From contig CAXWPH010000015.1 of the NCBI GenBank assembly GCA_963666055.2, forward strand, positions 1 through 64,000: a stretch of DNA of 64,000 nt, read 5' to 3'. This DNA is from Acidobacteriota bacterium (lineage in GTDB: Bacteria > Acidobacteriota > UBA890 > WLXD01). Below, piece by piece: positions 1 through 12,109 of this stretch (the stretch's first letter is position 1; every line of letters starts with the position of its first letter). The notes under the pieces are model-generated. The model worked only from the letters and a program-made list of their open reading frames with translations, had not been told where the DNA came from and did no database searches. The translations under genes were made by a program, and so were the position numbers.

Positions 1-2228
1 CGTTTCGACGCGGCGGTGCCGCAAGTGAGCGCCGAGCTCGCCGAGAAGATGATCGTCAAGCTGCGTGCCGGGATGATGCCGCCCCCGAACGCGCGGCGCC
101 CGCCCGACGAGGCAGTCATCGCGCTGGTGGAGTCGCTCGAGACGCAGCTGGACGCGGCCGACGCCGCCAACCCGAACCCCGGTAGCCGCTCGTTCCAGCG
201 TCTGAACCAGGCGGAGTATTCGCTGTCCATCCGCGACCTGCTGGGGCTGCAGATCGACGCAGCCGACTACCTGCCGCTCGACACCAAGAGCGCCAACTTC
301 GACAACATCGCCGATGTGCAGTTGCTGTCGCCTACCCTGCTCGACGCCTACCTGAACGCCGCCGCCGAGATCAGTCGGCTGGCGGTGGGCGATCCGAACA
401 CCACGGCAACCTCGTCGACGTACACAAACCCCGGCTACGTGTCGCAGTGGGACCGCGTCGAGGGCGCCCCATTCGGCACCCGCGGCGGCATCAGCGTGAC
501 CCATATCTTCCCTGCGGACGGTGACTACGAGTTCCGCATGGCATTCGAGCACACCACCACCGGGGGCTACTTCGGCGGCGTCACCAAGGGTGAGCAGATC
601 GAGGTCTCGATCGACGGTGTGCGCGTCGCGCTGCTCGATGTCGACCGTTGGATGAGCGTGGCGGACCCCAACGGCGTCAACATGCGCACCGGGTCGATCT
701 TCGTCCGTGGCGGGCCCCGGCGAGTAACCGCAGCGTTCATCATGCAAAGCGAAGGTCCGATGGAGGACCTTCTGTCACCGCACCAGTGGTCGCTGACCGA
801 TCGGCAGATCGGGGTCAGCGGCTATGGCGTCACCTCGATAGCGCATTTGAAGGATCTGGTGGTTGCCGGACCCTTCAGGGTGACGGGGTATCGGACAACT
901 CGATCCGAAAGCGGCTGTTCAGTTGCCGACCGACAAGGCGCGACGAAGAACGCCCGTGCGCCGGTGAGATCGTCTCGAGACTCGGCACCAGGGCGTTCCG
1001 AAGGTCGCTGAAGGCGGGCGATCTCGACGCCTTGATGCGGTTCTATGAAGCGGGCGCCGAGCGCGGCGGATTCGAGCAGGGCGTGCGCACCGCCCTCGAG
1101 GCTATCCTGGCCAGCCCCGATTTCATCTTCCGCTTCGAGGAGGCGCCGCCGAGCATCGAGCCGGGCTCCGTGTACCGCCTCCGCGACGAGGACCTGGCCA
1201 CCAGGCTGTCGTTCTTCCTCTGGGGGCTGCCGCCGGATGACGAGCTGCTGAGCCTGGCTGCCAATGACCAGCTGTCGAAGCCAGCCGAGCTCGAGGCGCA
1301 GGTACACAGGCTGCTGGCCGACCGGCGCGCCGAAGCGCTCGGAACGCGGTTCGCGGCGCAATGGTTGCGCCTCGACGACCTGAGCAAGGTACATCCGGAC
1401 CGGTTGCTGTACCCCGACTTCCATCAGCAGCTCGCCGATGCCATGCGCCGCGAAACCGAGCTGTTCTTCACCGGCCTGGTACAGAACGACCGCAGCATTC
1501 TCGACATGTTCCAGGCGGACTACTCGTACCTGAACGAGCGCCTCGCCCGGCACTACGGCATCGACGGGGTCAGCGGCGAGCACTTCCGCCAGGTTCCCTA
1601 TCCCGACGACACCCGGCGCGGCCTGCTCGGCCACGGCAGCATTCTGACGCTTACATCACACGCTGGCCGAACATCACCGGTGCTGCGCGGCAAGTGGGTG
1701 ATGGAGGTGTTGCTGGGCACACCGCCGCCGCCGCCGCCGCCCGGCATCCCCGACCTCGACGAGACGGAAAGCGTGGTGAACGGGCGCACGCTGACCACTC
1801 GCGAGCGCATGGAGGAGCATCGCTCGAACCCGTCGTGTAGCTCCTGCCACCGATTTATCGACCCGATCGGGCTAGCGCTGGACAACTACGACGTCACCGG
1901 CCGCTGGCGGATCCGTGAGCATGGCGAGCCGCTCGACACGCGCGGCGAGATGTACGACGGCACGCCGGTCGATAGCCCGGCCTCGCTGCAGGCGGCGCTG
2001 CTGAAGCGACCGGCGCTGCTGGTGCGAAATTTCACCGCAGATTTGATGGCCTACGCGCTCGGCAGGCGTGTCGAGTATTACGATCAGCCAACAGTGCGGC
2101 GGATCGCTCGACAAGCAGAGGCTGAAGGCTTCCGCATTTCGGCGTTCATCTTGGGCGTGGTCAACAGCGACGCCTTCCAGATGCAGCGCGCCGGCGCCGT
2201 CGCCGACGACGCCTTGTCCGACGAATAG
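1..2228 (+). CDS. DUF1592/DUF1588/DUF1587/DUF1595/DUF1585 cytochrome-c-like protein; 5' end outside the window, apparent frameshift at 885-888
   Basis: Motifs RLNQAEY...IRDLL, LATRLSFFLW, TSPVLRGKWV, CSSCH (heme) and LMAYALGR. ORFs 16-1011 and 648-2228 join if one G is added to the GGGG run at 885-888 (GPFRVTG|VSDNSIRKRLF). Confidence 0.85.
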
Positions 2229-2266
2229 GAACTGGCCGCGAGGCACTCCGGCCCGAGGACTGAAAG

Positions 2267-3679
2267 ATGGAGCTCATCACCGGGAAACACATTCGACGCC
2301 GGACATTCCTTCGCGGCGCGGGCGCGTCGCTGGCGCTACCGTTCCTCGACGCGATGGTGCCGGCCGGCCGCCTGGCGGCCGCGGCAACGCGCCAGTCGGA
2401 GAACACGCGCCTGGTGGGGATCGAGATGGTGCACGGTGCTGCCGGCTGCAACCAGTGGGGCGCTACGCAGAACTTCTGGTCGCCGGCGGCAGCGGGTCGC
2501 GACTTCGACCTCGACCCCAGCGCGCTGGTATCCCTCGACCCGTGGCGCAAATACCTGACGATCATCAGCAACACTGACGTCCGCATGGCCGAGGCCTTCC
2601 AGCCCCACGAGATCGGCGGCGATCACTTCCGCTCCAGCGCGGTGTTCCTCACCCAGTCGCATCCGAAGCAAACCGAGGGATCCGACGTCTTCGTGGGCCC
2701 ATCCTTGGACCAGATCCACGCCCAACGGTTCGGCCAGGACACGCCGATCCCGTCGATGCAGCTATGCATCGAGAACATCAACCAATCCGGTGGATGCGCG
2801 TACGGTTACACGTGCGTATACACCGACTCGATCAGCTGGGCGTCGCCAACCGAGCCGCTGCCGGTGATCCGCGATCCGCGAGTGGCGTTCGAGCTGCTGT
2901 TTGGCGCCGGCGGCACGCCCGAGGATCGCGCCTCGCGGCGGCGGGCCAGTCGCAGCATCCTTGACTGGGTTGCCGATCGGGTGGCCGAACTGCGGCGCGA
3001 CCTCGGGCCGAACGATCGTCACCGGCTCGACCGATACCTGGAAAACGTCCGCGAGATCGAGCGTCGTATCGAGCGCACCGAGGTTCGCAACGCCAGCGGT
3101 GCCGAGCGGGAGCTTCCCGAGGCACCGGCCGGCGTGCCCGACTCATTCGAAGAGCACGTCAAGCTGATGTTCGATCTGCAGGCGCTGGCCTTCGCCTCCG
3201 ACACCACGCGCGTCTTCTCGCTCAAGATGGGACGCGACTCCTCGGCCCGAGTGTTCCCGGAGAGCGGCACCGACAAGCCCTTCCACCCCGCATCGCACCA
3301 TGGTGGAAAAGAGGAGGCGATCCGCGACTTCTATCGCATCAACAGGTACCACGTGGGGATGTTGCCGTACTTCCTCCAGAAGCTGGCCAGCATCGACGAG
3401 GGCGACGCCACCCTGCTCGACAAGACGATGATCGTCTACGGATCGCCGATGGCGGACGGCAACATTCACAACCATAGGCGCGCGCCGCTGATCGTCCTCG
3501 GAGGTGCCAACGGCAAGCTGGGTGGAAACCTACACGTCGAGGCCGCCGACGGCACGCCGATGGCTAACGCCATGCTGACCCTCTTGCACAAGCTCGGGCA
3601 CGAGGACCTCGACAGCTTCGGCGACAGCACTGGCGAGTTGTCCTTGTCGATGCAAGCCGCAACCCCGTCGGGGGGCTGA
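2267..3679 (+). CDS. DUF1552 (HXXSHH) family protein
   Basis: N-terminal RRTFLRG twin-arginine-like motif, HPASHH motif, DPRVAFELLFG; usual position after a DUF1592 gene. Confidence 0.88.
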   Translation: MELITGKHIRRRTFLRGAGASLALPFLDAMVPAGRLAAAATRQSENTRLVGIEMVHGAAGCNQWGATQNFWSPAAAGRDFDLDPSALVSLDPWRKYLTIISNTDVRMAEAFQPHEIGGDHFRSSAVFLTQSHPKQTEGSDVFVGPSLDQIHAQRFGQDTPIPSMQLCIENINQSGGCAYGYTCVYTDSISWASPTEPLPVIRDPRVAFELLFGAGGTPEDRASRRRASRSILDWVADRVAELRRDLGPNDRHRLDRYLENVREIERRIERTEVRNASGAERELPEAPAGVPDSFEEHVKLMFDLQALAFASDTTRVFSLKMGRDSSARVFPESGTDKPFHPASHHGGKEEAIRDFYRINRYHVGMLPYFLQKLASIDEGDATLLDKTMIVYGSPMADGNIHNHRRAPLIVLGGANGKLGGNLHVEAADGTPMANAMLTLLHKLGHEDLDSFGDSTGELSLSMQAATPSGG

Positions 3680-3702
3680 ACGGGAGCCACCGGTAGAGAG
3701 CC

Positions 3703-5613
3703 ATGAGGACCCGGTCGCTAACTGCCACGGCAGCATTGCTGGGCGCCGTGCTGACGCTCGGATTGGCGCCACCCGACGCGCCCGTGGCCGACGCCGCCAT
3801 GGGTGGCGACATGGACCTGGTGCGGGTGCTGCTGCAACGGGGTGTCGATGTCAACGCAGCACAGGGCGACGGCATGACAGCCTTGCACTGGGCGGCGAGA
3901 AGCGGCAACGACGAGCTAGCTCGAGTGCTCATCTATGCCGGCGCCAATCTCGCCGCGGCAACCCGCCTCGGTGGGTACACCCCACTGCATATGGCAGCCG
4001 GAGGTGGCCGCGCTGGAGTCGTCGAGGTGCTCCTCGGTGCTGGCGCCAGACCGCAGGCGAAGACGACGAGCGGGGGAGCCACGCCGCTTCACTTGGCGGC
4101 CAGCTCGAGCAGCGTGGCGGCGGTCGAAGCCTTGCTCGGACACGGCGCGCAAGTCGACGCTCTCGAGGAGCGCTGGGGGCAGACACCGCTCATGTTCGCC
4201 ACCTCACGCGGCCGGCTCGACGTAGCGAAGCGGCTGATTGCCGCCGGCGCGGACATGACCATCACCACGCAGGTCGCCGACCTGCCGGCGTTGGCGACCG
4301 AGAGGAGAGTTGGCGGAAAGGTGCGCGACCAAGTCCTGGCATCGTTCCGCGGCGACCAGCCCGAAGGCACCTCCTGGCAGCCGATACCGGCGCAGGTGCA
4401 GGCAGCCGTGCGCGCCGCCAACGACCCGCCCCCGGGAGCCGCTGCGAACATCCCGGACAAGCTTGACGATTTCGGGTTCCCGATCGACCAGGACCTGGGA
4501 ACGCTCGGCGCCCCACCCGAGCAAGGCACCGTACCCGATCAAGGCTTGGGAACGCTCGTGGCGGCGGGCCAACCGGCCGACCCGGATGGTCCGCCATCGG
4601 CGGACGCCTACAACGTTTCGTTCCCGAACCTGGTCGGAACCCACGGCGGACTGACGGCCCTGTTGCACTCTGTTCGAGAAGGCCATGTCGACACCGCGCT
4701 GGCGTTGATCGACGCCGGCGCCGACATCGACCAGCCAAGCGCCGGCGACCACACGACCCCGTTGCTGATGGCGACGATCAACGGGCACTTCGATCTGGCG
4801 ATGACGCTGCTGGAGCTTGGCGCGGACCCGAACATCGCCAGCGACGCCGGCGCAACGCCGCTGTTCACCGCGATCAACGCGCAGTGGGCTCCCAAGGCAC
4901 GCTACCCGCAGCAGCAGGCGTATCTACAGCAGCAAACCACCTACCTCGAGCTCATGAGCGTGCTGCTGGCCGCCGGCGCCGACCCCAACGTCAGGCTCAC
5001 CAAGCACCTCTGGTACATGGAGTACACGTTCACCCATCTAGAGGTCGACACCCGTGGCGCGACGCCGTTCTGGCGCGCCGCCCACGCTCTCGATGTCGAG
5101 GCGATGCGGCTGCTAGTGGAATATGGCGCCGAGCCGGACACTCCGACGCGCAAGGCGCCGAAGCGGCGGTTCAACGCGCCCGACGAGGAAGAAGAGCCGA
5201 CCGAGGACCCCTCGGGACTACCGCTGGTGGCGGTTGGCGGACCCGCGGTCTGGCCGATCCATGCAACCTCGGGGCACGGCTACGGCACCGGCTTCGCCGG
5301 CAACTCGCACCGTCATGTGCCCGACGGTTGGATGCCTGCGATGCGCTATCTGGTCGACGAGCTCGGCGCCGATGTGAACGCGCGCGACCACGAGGGCTTC
5401 TCGCCCGTGCACAACGCTGCAGCCCGTGGGGACAACGAGATGATCCTCTTCCTGGTGGAACGCGGAGCTGATGTCACGGTGGTCACCCGGGCCGGGCAGA
5501 CCACCGCGGACATGGCCAACGGCCCGCAGCAACGTACCCAGGCGTTTTCCGAGACGGTGGCGCTGCTGGAGCGGTTGGGCTCCAAAAACAACGACAACTG
5601 CGTATCCTGCTGA
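3703..5613 (+). CDS. Secreted ankyrin-repeat protein with a terminal CVSC
   Basis: Hydrophobic N-terminus; many G.TALHWAA/TPLH/TPLM ankyrin repeats; ends NNDNCVSC. Confidence 0.9.
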   Translation: MRTRSLTATAALLGAVLTLGLAPPDAPVADAAMGGDMDLVRVLLQRGVDVNAAQGDGMTALHWAARSGNDELARVLIYAGANLAAATRLGGYTPLHMAAGGGRAGVVEVLLGAGARPQAKTTSGGATPLHLAASSSSVAAVEALLGHGAQVDALEERWGQTPLMFATSRGRLDVAKRLIAAGADMTITTQVADLPALATERRVGGKVRDQVLASFRGDQPEGTSWQPIPAQVQAAVRAANDPPPGAAANIPDKLDDFGFPIDQDLGTLGAPPEQGTVPDQGLGTLVAAGQPADPDGPPSADAYNVSFPNLVGTHGGLTALLHSVREGHVDTALALIDAGADIDQPSAGDHTTPLLMATINGHFDLAMTLLELGADPNIASDAGATPLFTAINAQWAPKARYPQQQAYLQQQTTYLELMSVLLAAGADPNVRLTKHLWYMEYTFTHLEVDTRGATPFWRAAHALDVEAMRLLVEYGAEPDTPTRKAPKRRFNAPDEEEEPTEDPSGLPLVAVGGPAVWPIHATSGHGYGTGFAGNSHRHVPDGWMPAMRYLVDELGADVNARDHEGFSPVHNAAARGDNEMILFLVERGADVTVVTRAGQTTADMANGPQQRTQAFSETVALLERLGSKNNDNCVSC

Positions 5614-5799
5614 GTCGCCGTAGCAACCATCGCGACCGCATGACCGCAGCCCCGCCACCGCCTGCCGCCTCTTGTGATAGACACATCGGCACGGGAGCCC
5701 CTTGACGATTACGTGGGGCTCCGCGCAGACTTGCCGTTCCTCAACGAGCCAGGCGCGGTGGTTCGGCCGCGACACGATGACAGAAATGCCGGAGGCATG

Positions 5800-6267
5800 A
5801 TGCCCACCGTTTCGATGACAGTTAACGGTAAGTCGGTAAGCGGCGAAGTCGAGGCGCCGACCTTACTGGTGGAGTTCATCCGCGAATCACTCGGTCTCAC
5901 CGGCACCCATGTGGGGTGCGATACCAGCCAGTGTGGCGCCTGCTGCGTGCTGCTCGACGGCCAGTCGATCAAGAGCTGTACGTGCCTGGCGCTCGAGGCG
6001 GACGGCCAGGAGGTCACCACCATCGAGGGTCTGGAAACGAACGGCGAGCTGCACCCTATGCAGGCGGCCTTCCGCGAGCACCATGGGCTGCAGTGTGGGT
6101 TCTGCACTCCGGGCATGGTGATGAGCGCGGTCGATCTGGTGGGCCGTAACCCAGACCCCGATGAAGCCGAGATACGTGAGTGGCTCGAGGGCAACCTTTG
6201 CCGCTGCACCGGCTACCACAACATCGTCGAGGCGATTCAGGCCGCCGCGACGGCGGCGCGGGAGTGA
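5800..6267 (+). CDS. coxS: CODH/xanthine dehydrogenase family small subunit, 2x[2Fe-2S]
   Basis: [18 protein letters not shown] and GNLCRCTGY motifs; GGAGG at 5791-5795. Confidence 0.93.
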   Translation: MPTVSMTVNGKSVSGEVEAPTLLVEFIRESLGLTGTHVGCDTSQCGACCVLLDGQSIKSCTCLALEADGQEVTTIEGLETNGELHPMQAAFREHHGLQCGFCTPGMVMSAVDLVGRNPDPDEAEIREWLEGNLCRCTGYHNIVEAIQAAATAARE

Positions 6268-6272
6268 GCGCG

Positions 6273-8630
6273 ATGGTTGAGCAAGGCATAGGCGCAGCGG
6301 TACGCCGCAAGGAAGACGCCCGTTTCCTGACGGGACGCGGACGCTACACCGACGACATCAACCTGCCCGGCCAGACCTACGCCGTGATCGTCCGATCGCA
6401 GGAAGCGCATGCCTCGATCGGCGGCATCGACGTCAGCGCCGCGACCGACGCTGCCGGGGTGGTGGCGATTTTCACCGGCGCTGACCTGGAGGGCGTTGGC
6501 GGCGTGCCCTGTGGCTGGCAGATTCACAGCAAGGATGGCTCGCCAATGGTCGAGCCGCCGCACCTGGTGCTGGCCACCGACCGCGTGCGTCACGTCGGCG
6601 ATCCGGTGGCAATGGTGATCGCCGAAACCAAGGCACAGGCGAAAGCGGCTGCGGCGCTGGTCGCGGTCGACTACGAGTCGTTGCCGGCCGTCGCCGACCT
6701 CAACCAGGCGATCGCCGACGGCGCCCCGGCGGTGTGGGACGACGCACCCGACAACGTTTGCTTCGACTGGGAGCTGGGCGACGCGGCCGCCACCGACGCG
6801 GCGTTCGATAGCGCCGAGCACGTCGTCACGCTCGAGGTGGTCAACAATCGCTTGGTAGCCAATGCCATCGAGCCGCGGGCGGCGATCGGCCTGTACGACC
6901 CCGATAAGGACGAGCAGACACTCTATACCACCAGCCAGAACCCGCACGTGATCCGGCTGCTCATGGGCGCCTTCGTACTGCAGGTTCCGGAGAACAAGCT
7001 GCGGGTGATCTCGCCCGATGTGGGGGGCGGCTTCGGCTCCAAGATCTTCCACTACGCCGAGGAGGCGATGGTCACCTGGGCAGCCAAGAAGATCGGCCGG
7101 CCGGTAAAGTGGACCGCCGAGCGCTCGGAGTCGTTCATCTCCGATGCTCAGGGCCGCGATCACCTCACCAAGGCAGAGCTAGCGGTCGGAGCCGACGGCA
7201 CGTTCCTGGGCATGCGGGTACACACGCATGCCAACCTCGGTGCCTACCTGTCGACCTTCGGTCCGTCGGTGCCAACCTGGCTGTACGGAACGTTGTTTGC
7301 CGGCTGCTACCGTACCCCGGCGATCTACGTGAACGTTAAGGGAACGTTCACCAACACTGTACCTATCGACGCCTACCGCGGCGCCGGACGTCCCGAAGCA
7401 GCGTTCGTTGTGGAACGTCTGGCGGATCTCGCAGCGCGCAAGCTGGGCATGAGCCCGGTGGAGATCCGCACCAAGAACTTCATCACGGAGTTCCCCTACG
7501 CCACCCCGGTGGCGCTGGAGTACGACTCCGGCGACTACCACGCCACCCTGCAAGCGGTACTCGAGCTGGCCGACTATGACAGCTTCGAGCAACGGCGTCA
7601 GGAGGCGCGCGACCGGGGCAAGCTGCGAGGGATCGGTCTGTCGACGTTCGTGGAGGCGTGCGGGCTGGCGCCGTCGGCGCTCGCCGGAGCACTCGGAGCC
7701 CGTGCAGGCCTGTACGAGGTTGGCCAGGTGAGGGTGCACCCTACCGGCAGCGTGACGGTGTTTACCGGTTCCCACAGCCATGGCCAGGGTCACGAGACGG
7801 TGTTCGCGCAGCTCGTCTGCGAGGGTCTCGGGGTGCCCATCGATCAAGTCGAGGTGGTGCACGGCGATACCGGGCAGGTACCTTTCGGCATGGGCACCTA
7901 CGGGTCACGCTCGCTGGCGGTAGGTGGCTCGGCGATCCAGATGGCGATCGACAAGGTCATCGCCAAGGGCAAGAAGATCGCTGCTCACCTCATGGAAGCT
8001 TCCGAGGGCGATGTCGAGTTCGCCGACGGGCAGTTCACCGTCGCCGGCACCGATAAATCGGTGGGGCTCGCCGACGTTTCGATGATGGCGTACGTGCCCC
8101 ATAACTACCCCGAGGAGCTCGAGCCCGGTCTGGACGAGACCGCCTTCTACGATCCAAAGAACTTCACCTATCCGGCCGGGGCCCACGTGGTCGAGGTGGA
8201 GGTCGATCCGGATACCGGAGTGGTCCAGTTAGTGGACGTGTCCTGCGTCGACGACGTCGGCCGGGTAATCAACCCGATGATTGTCGACGGGCAGATACAC
8301 GGCGGCCTGGCACAGGGGATCGGCCAAGCGCTGCTTGAGGAATGCCGCTACGACGAGGACGGTCAGCTGGTGACGGGCTCTTATATGAACTACACGATGC
8401 CGCGCGCAAGCGACTTGCCGTTCTACAAGACCGGCCACAACACTACGCTGTGTACCCACAATCCGCTGGGGGTCAAAGGCGTCGGTGAAGTGGGCTCAAT
8501 CGGCGTGCCACCGGCGGTGATCAACGCCGTAGTCGACGCCGTCGCCCACCTGGGCATCGAACACATCGATATGCCCGCCACATCCGAGAAGGTGTGGCGC
8601 GCCATTCGCAACGCGCAAGCGAGCGCCTGA
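6273..8630 (+). CDS. coxL: Molybdopterin-binding large subunit, form II CoxL-like
   Basis: [18 protein letters not shown] (form II signature), GQGHET, GTYGSRS, KGVGE. An alternative GTG start lies at 6264. Confidence 0.92.
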   Translation: MVEQGIGAAVRRKEDARFLTGRGRYTDDINLPGQTYAVIVRSQEAHASIGGIDVSAATDAAGVVAIFTGADLEGVGGVPCGWQIHSKDGSPMVEPPHLVLATDRVRHVGDPVAMVIAETKAQAKAAAALVAVDYESLPAVADLNQAIADGAPAVWDDAPDNVCFDWELGDAAATDAAFDSAEHVVTLEVVNNRLVANAIEPRAAIGLYDPDKDEQTLYTTSQNPHVIRLLMGAFVLQVPENKLRVISPDVGGGFGSKIFHYAEEAMVTWAAKKIGRPVKWTAERSESFISDAQGRDHLTKAELAVGADGTFLGMRVHTHANLGAYLSTFGPSVPTWLYGTLFAGCYRTPAIYVNVKGTFTNTVPIDAYRGAGRPEAAFVVERLADLAARKLGMSPVEIRTKNFITEFPYATPVALEYDSGDYHATLQAVLELADYDSFEQRRQEARDRGKLRGIGLSTFVEACGLAPSALAGALGARAGLYEVGQVRVHPTGSVTVFTGSHSHGQGHETVFAQLVCEGLGVPIDQVEVVHGDTGQVPFGMGTYGSRSLAVGGSAIQMAIDKVIAKGKKIAAHLMEASEGDVEFADGQFTVAGTDKSVGLADVSMMAYVPHNYPEELEPGLDETAFYDPKNFTYPAGAHVVEVEVDPDTGVVQLVDVSCVDDVGRVINPMIVDGQIHGGLAQGIGQALLEECRYDEDGQLVTGSYMNYTMPRASDLPFYKTGHNTTLCTHNPLGVKGVGEVGSIGVPPAVINAVVDAVAHLGIEHIDMPATSEKVWRAIRNAQASA

Positions 8631-8641
8631 AGGAGGACACG

Positions 8642-9436
8642 ATGCAAGACTTCAACTTCCATCGTCCGCGCTCGATCGACGAAGCCAAACAGGCGCTCCA
8701 AAATGCTGACGAAGGCAAGCTGCTGGCCGGTGGTCAGAGCTTGTTGCCGGTGATGAAGCTCGACCTGGCGGCGCCGAGCGACGTGGTCAGCCTACGCGAC
8801 GTACCCGAGCTCGACGGCATCCAGGTGCAGGGCGGTCAGCTGCTGATCGGAGCAACGGCCACCCATGCCAAGGTCGCCGCATCGGAGGTGGTGGGTGGAG
8901 CGATCCCGGCGCTAGCAAAGCTGGCTGGCGGTATCGGTGACCCACAGGTCCGAAACCGCGGCACCCTCGGAGGTTCGGTAGCACACGCCGATCCGGCCGC
9001 CGACTACCCCGCGGCGTTGCTGGCACTGGATGCGACGGTGATCACGGATGGGCGCGAGATAGCGGCTCAGGACTTTCTCGGCGCGATGTTCGAAACTGCG
9101 CTGGCGGAGGACGAGATCGTCACCGCGGTGCGTTTCAACGTTCCACAAGCGGCGGCGTACGAGAAGTTCGCCAACCCGGCGTCGAAATATGCCCTCGTAG
9201 GCGTAATGGTCGCCCGGACAGACACCGGCACGCGTGTCGCGGTTACCGGGGCGGCCTACGGAGCGCACCGCTCCGAGGCTCTGGAGACCGCTCTGGCTGC
9301 TGACTTCAGCACCGCGGCAGTCGACGGCGTCGAGATTGACGACGCTGACCTGCTGGACGACGGTGACGCCAGCGCCGAGTACCGAGCCCACCTGATCAAG
9401 GTAATGACCAAGCGGGCGGTGGAGGCTTGCGGATAG
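8642..9436 (+). CDS. coxM: FAD-binding medium subunit
   Basis: [24 protein letters not shown]; AGGAGG RBS at 8631. Confidence 0.92.
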   Translation: MQDFNFHRPRSIDEAKQALQNADEGKLLAGGQSLLPVMKLDLAAPSDVVSLRDVPELDGIQVQGGQLLIGATATHAKVAASEVVGGAIPALAKLAGGIGDPQVRNRGTLGGSVAHADPAADYPAALLALDATVITDGREIAAQDFLGAMFETALAEDEIVTAVRFNVPQAAAYEKFANPASKYALVGVMVARTDTGTRVAVTGAAYGAHRSEALETALAADFSTAAVDGVEIDDADLLDDGDASAEYRAHLIKVMTKRAVEACG

Positions 9437-10362
9437 GCGCGCCGCCGGAGTCCGTTGACGCGACATCCGAGCTGCTACTGCAGCACGACTACATCGCCGA
9501 CCGGTCGCTGGCCACGGGGATTTTCCTGTCGTTGACCCTCGGCCGGCCGCTCTTCGTCGAGGGCGAAGCCGGGGTTGGCAAGACCGAGATCGCCAAGGTG
9601 CTGGCGACGGCGCTGGGCCGCCGGCTCATCCGACTGCAATGCTACGAGGGTCTCGACGTGGCCACCGCGGTCTACGAGTGGAACTATCCGCGCCAGATGA
9701 TCGAGATCCGCCTCGCCGAGGCATCCGGAGGCGAGGATCGCGCCGCGCTGGAAGCCGGCATTTTCTCCGAGCGCTTCCTCATCCGGCGGCCGCTGCTGGA
9801 AGCGCTCGAGCCGCACCCGAACGGGCCGCCAGTGCTGCTGATCGACGAGCTCGATCGCGCCGACGAGCCGTTCGAGGCCTTCTTGCTCGAGATGCTGTCC
9901 GATTTCCAGGTAACCGTGCCCGAGCTCGGCACGTTTCACGCCGAGCAACCCCCGATTGTGGTGATCACATCCAACCGCACGCGCGAGATTCACGACGCCC
10001 TCAAGCGGCGGTGCCTGTACTGCTGGATCGACTATCCAGACGCCGCTCGGGAGCTGCAGATCCTACGGGCCCGCGCCCCCGAGGTGGCAGGAGCGTTGAC
10101 TCGGCAGGTGGTCGGCTTCGTGCAGGCATTGCGCAACCACGAGCTGTTGAAGCTACCCGGAGTGGCCGAGTCGATCGACTGGACGCGGGCGCTGCAAGCA
10201 CTCGACCGCACCTCGCTCGACCCGCAGACCGTCGACGACACCCTCGGCGTGCTGCTGAAGTACGAGGACGACCTGTCGCGCATCCGTGGCGACGAGGCCG
10301 CAAGCATCCTTCGCCAGGTCGAGGAGGAGTTGGCGGCGGCACCGATCGAGCCCGGAGCGTGA
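9427..10362 (+). CDS. coxD: MoxR-type AAA+ ATPase (CoxD)
   Basis: Walker A GEAGVGKT, Walker [22 protein letters not shown]. Confidence 0.9.
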   Translation: MRIGAPPESVDATSELLLQHDYIADRSLATGIFLSLTLGRPLFVEGEAGVGKTEIAKVLATALGRRLIRLQCYEGLDVATAVYEWNYPRQMIEIRLAEASGGEDRAALEAGIFSERFLIRRPLLEALEPHPNGPPVLLIDELDRADEPFEAFLLEMLSDFQVTVPELGTFHAEQPPIVVITSNRTREIHDALKRRCLYCWIDYPDAARELQILRARAPEVAGALTRQVVGFVQALRNHELLKLPGVAESIDWTRALQALDRTSLDPQTVDDTLGVLLKYEDDLSRIRGDEAASILRQVEEELAAAPIEPGA

Positions 10363-11534
10363 GCGGCCAACTGGCCGCCAACGTGATGCATTTCGGGCGC
10401 CTGCTGCGCGCCCTGGGAATTCCCGTGGGCCCCGGACGGAGCCTGGCGGCTCTGCGTGCGCTCCGTGCCATCGATATCATGCGTCGCGAGGATTTCTACT
10501 GGACCCTACATGCGGTGTGGGTGCAGCACGAAGAGCAGCGTGAGCTCTTCGGCCTGGCCTTTCGTCGCTTCTGGCGAGACCCGGGACGCGCCACGATCAA
10601 CCCGGCGCTCGCCGCGCTCCGATCGCAATCGCGATTGCCTGCGCCAGATTCGTCGGACCCGGGCAGCAGGCGCCTGTCCGAGGCCTGGCAGCAGCGCACG
10701 CCGACAGGTTCGCAAGAAGCTTCGCCACACGAGCTCGTTGCTCGCATGAGTTGGTCGCAACGAGAGATGCTGCGTAGCAAGGATTTCGAGCAGATGAGCG
10801 CCGACGAGATTGCCCAGGCAAAAGCAATGATCGCCCGACTTCGACCCCCATGGGCACAGCTCGCTACACGCCGGACGCGCGCCGTGGCGCACGGCCGACA
10901 CGCCGACCTGCGCGCCACAATCCGTGCCAGCTTGCGCGAGGGCGGCGACCGCATCCCTTTGCGATGGCGTGCGCCGCGACGGCGCGCACCGGTGCTGGTG
11001 GTGCTATGCGACATCTCCGGATCGATGAGCACGTACAGTCGCATGCTGTTGCACTTCGCCCATGCGCTCACTAGCGACGCTCATCGGGTACACACGTTTC
11101 TGTTCGCCACCCGCCTTACCAACGTCACCCGCACGATGCAGCACAGCGACATCGACGCAGCGCTCTCGCGCCTCGGGCACCAGGTGCCGGATTGGGACAG
11201 CGGTACGCGCATCGCCGCCTGCTTGCGCCACTTCAACTTCCGCTGGTCGCGCCGGGTGCTAGCCCAGGGAGCGGTGGTGCTGCTGATCAGCGACGGACTC
11301 GACCGAGACAACGGCGAGGGACTCGGACGCGAGATGGCTCGCCTGAAGCGCTCGTGCAGGCGGCTCGTGTGGCTCAATCCGCTGCTGCGCTACGAGGCCT
11401 TCGAGCCACGTGCTGCAGGAATCCGCGCCATGCTGCCGCATGTTGACGAGCTGCGTGCGGCGCACAGTATCTCGTCGCTCGACGATCTCGGCGCGGCGCT
11501 ATCGCGGCGTCTTAGTCGTCGTCGGACCGCCTGA
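10359..11534 (+). CDS. coxE: VWA-domain protein (CoxE)
   Basis: MIDAS DISGSM, SGTRI, ISDGLD, WLNPL; GTGA start/stop overlap with coxD. Confidence 0.9.
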   Translation: MSGQLAANVMHFGRLLRALGIPVGPGRSLAALRALRAIDIMRREDFYWTLHAVWVQHEEQRELFGLAFRRFWRDPGRATINPALAALRSQSRLPAPDSSDPGSRRLSEAWQQRTPTGSQEASPHELVARMSWSQREMLRSKDFEQMSADEIAQAKAMIARLRPPWAQLATRRTRAVAHGRHADLRATIRASLREGGDRIPLRWRAPRRRAPVLVVLCDISGSMSTYSRMLLHFAHALTSDAHRVHTFLFATRLTNVTRTMQHSDIDAALSRLGHQVPDWDSGTRIAACLRHFNFRWSRRVLAQGAVVLLISDGLDRDNGEGLGREMARLKRSCRRLVWLNPLLRYEAFEPRAAGIRAMLPHVDELRAAHSISSLDDLGAALSRRLSRRRTA

Positions 11535-12060
11535 GCTTGCCGGCGAGCGCCCGCAGCAGCAGCTTGCCGCCGTCCAGCGCCTCGCCCTCACCTTCGGGCA
11601 CCGCGGCCTCGCCCTGGAGCTTTCGGGAGAGTCGTTCGGCGAACTCACCGAGCAGTTGCTTCGACACCGCCTGAAACATGCCGCGCGCAAAGCGCACCAG
11701 CTTGCCGGTGATCTGTACATCTGCGTCGATGCTGACGCGGGAACCGCCGTTGTCCTCGGTCACAACGGTTTGCATGGTGAGCGATGCGGTGCCGCCACCG
11801 CGACGATCCGCACCTTCGCCGACCATACGCAGTCGCAGGTTGTCCTCGTCGACCTCGGTGAAGCGGATCTGGCCGTTGTAGTTCACCGTGACCGGACCGA
11901 CCTTGACCCGGACGGAACCCAGGTAGACGTCTCCGTCGGCGGAGTCCAACTGTGCGCCGGGGAGACAATCGGCGATACCGGCAGGGTCGGTGAGCAATGG
12001 CCAGACGCGCTCTGGCGGTGCCGGCAGGCTGAACGACTCGCTGATCTTCAACGACGCCAT
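11512..12060 (-). CDS. coxG: SRPBCC-fold CoxG-like protein
   Basis: VWPLLTDP..IADCLPGA and VKVGPV motifs; cox cluster context. Confidence 0.82.
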   Translation of the reverse strand: MASLKISESFSLPAPPERVWPLLTDPAGIADCLPGAQLDSADGDVYLGSVRVKVGPVTVNYNGQIRFTEVDEDNLRLRMVGEGADRRGGGTASLTMQTVVTEDNGGSRVSIDADVQITGKLVRFARGMFQAVSKQLLGEFAERLSRKLQGEAAVPEGEGEALDGGKLLLRALAGKLRRSDDD

Positions 12061-12109
12061 GACTTTCCCCGGTCGTCCTTGTCTCGGTCTTGCAACATCC
12101 GCGGTGCTC

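Noticed and set aside
870-900. Programmed frameshift in the DUF1592 gene
   Set aside because: It is a single missing G in a G-run with no slippery heptamer, and a similar homopolymer indel occurs at 38543; sequencing error is more likely.
6273-8630. True aerobic CO dehydrogenase (form I)
   Set aside because: The active-site motif is AYRGAGR rather than AYXCSFR, and gene order is S-L-M.
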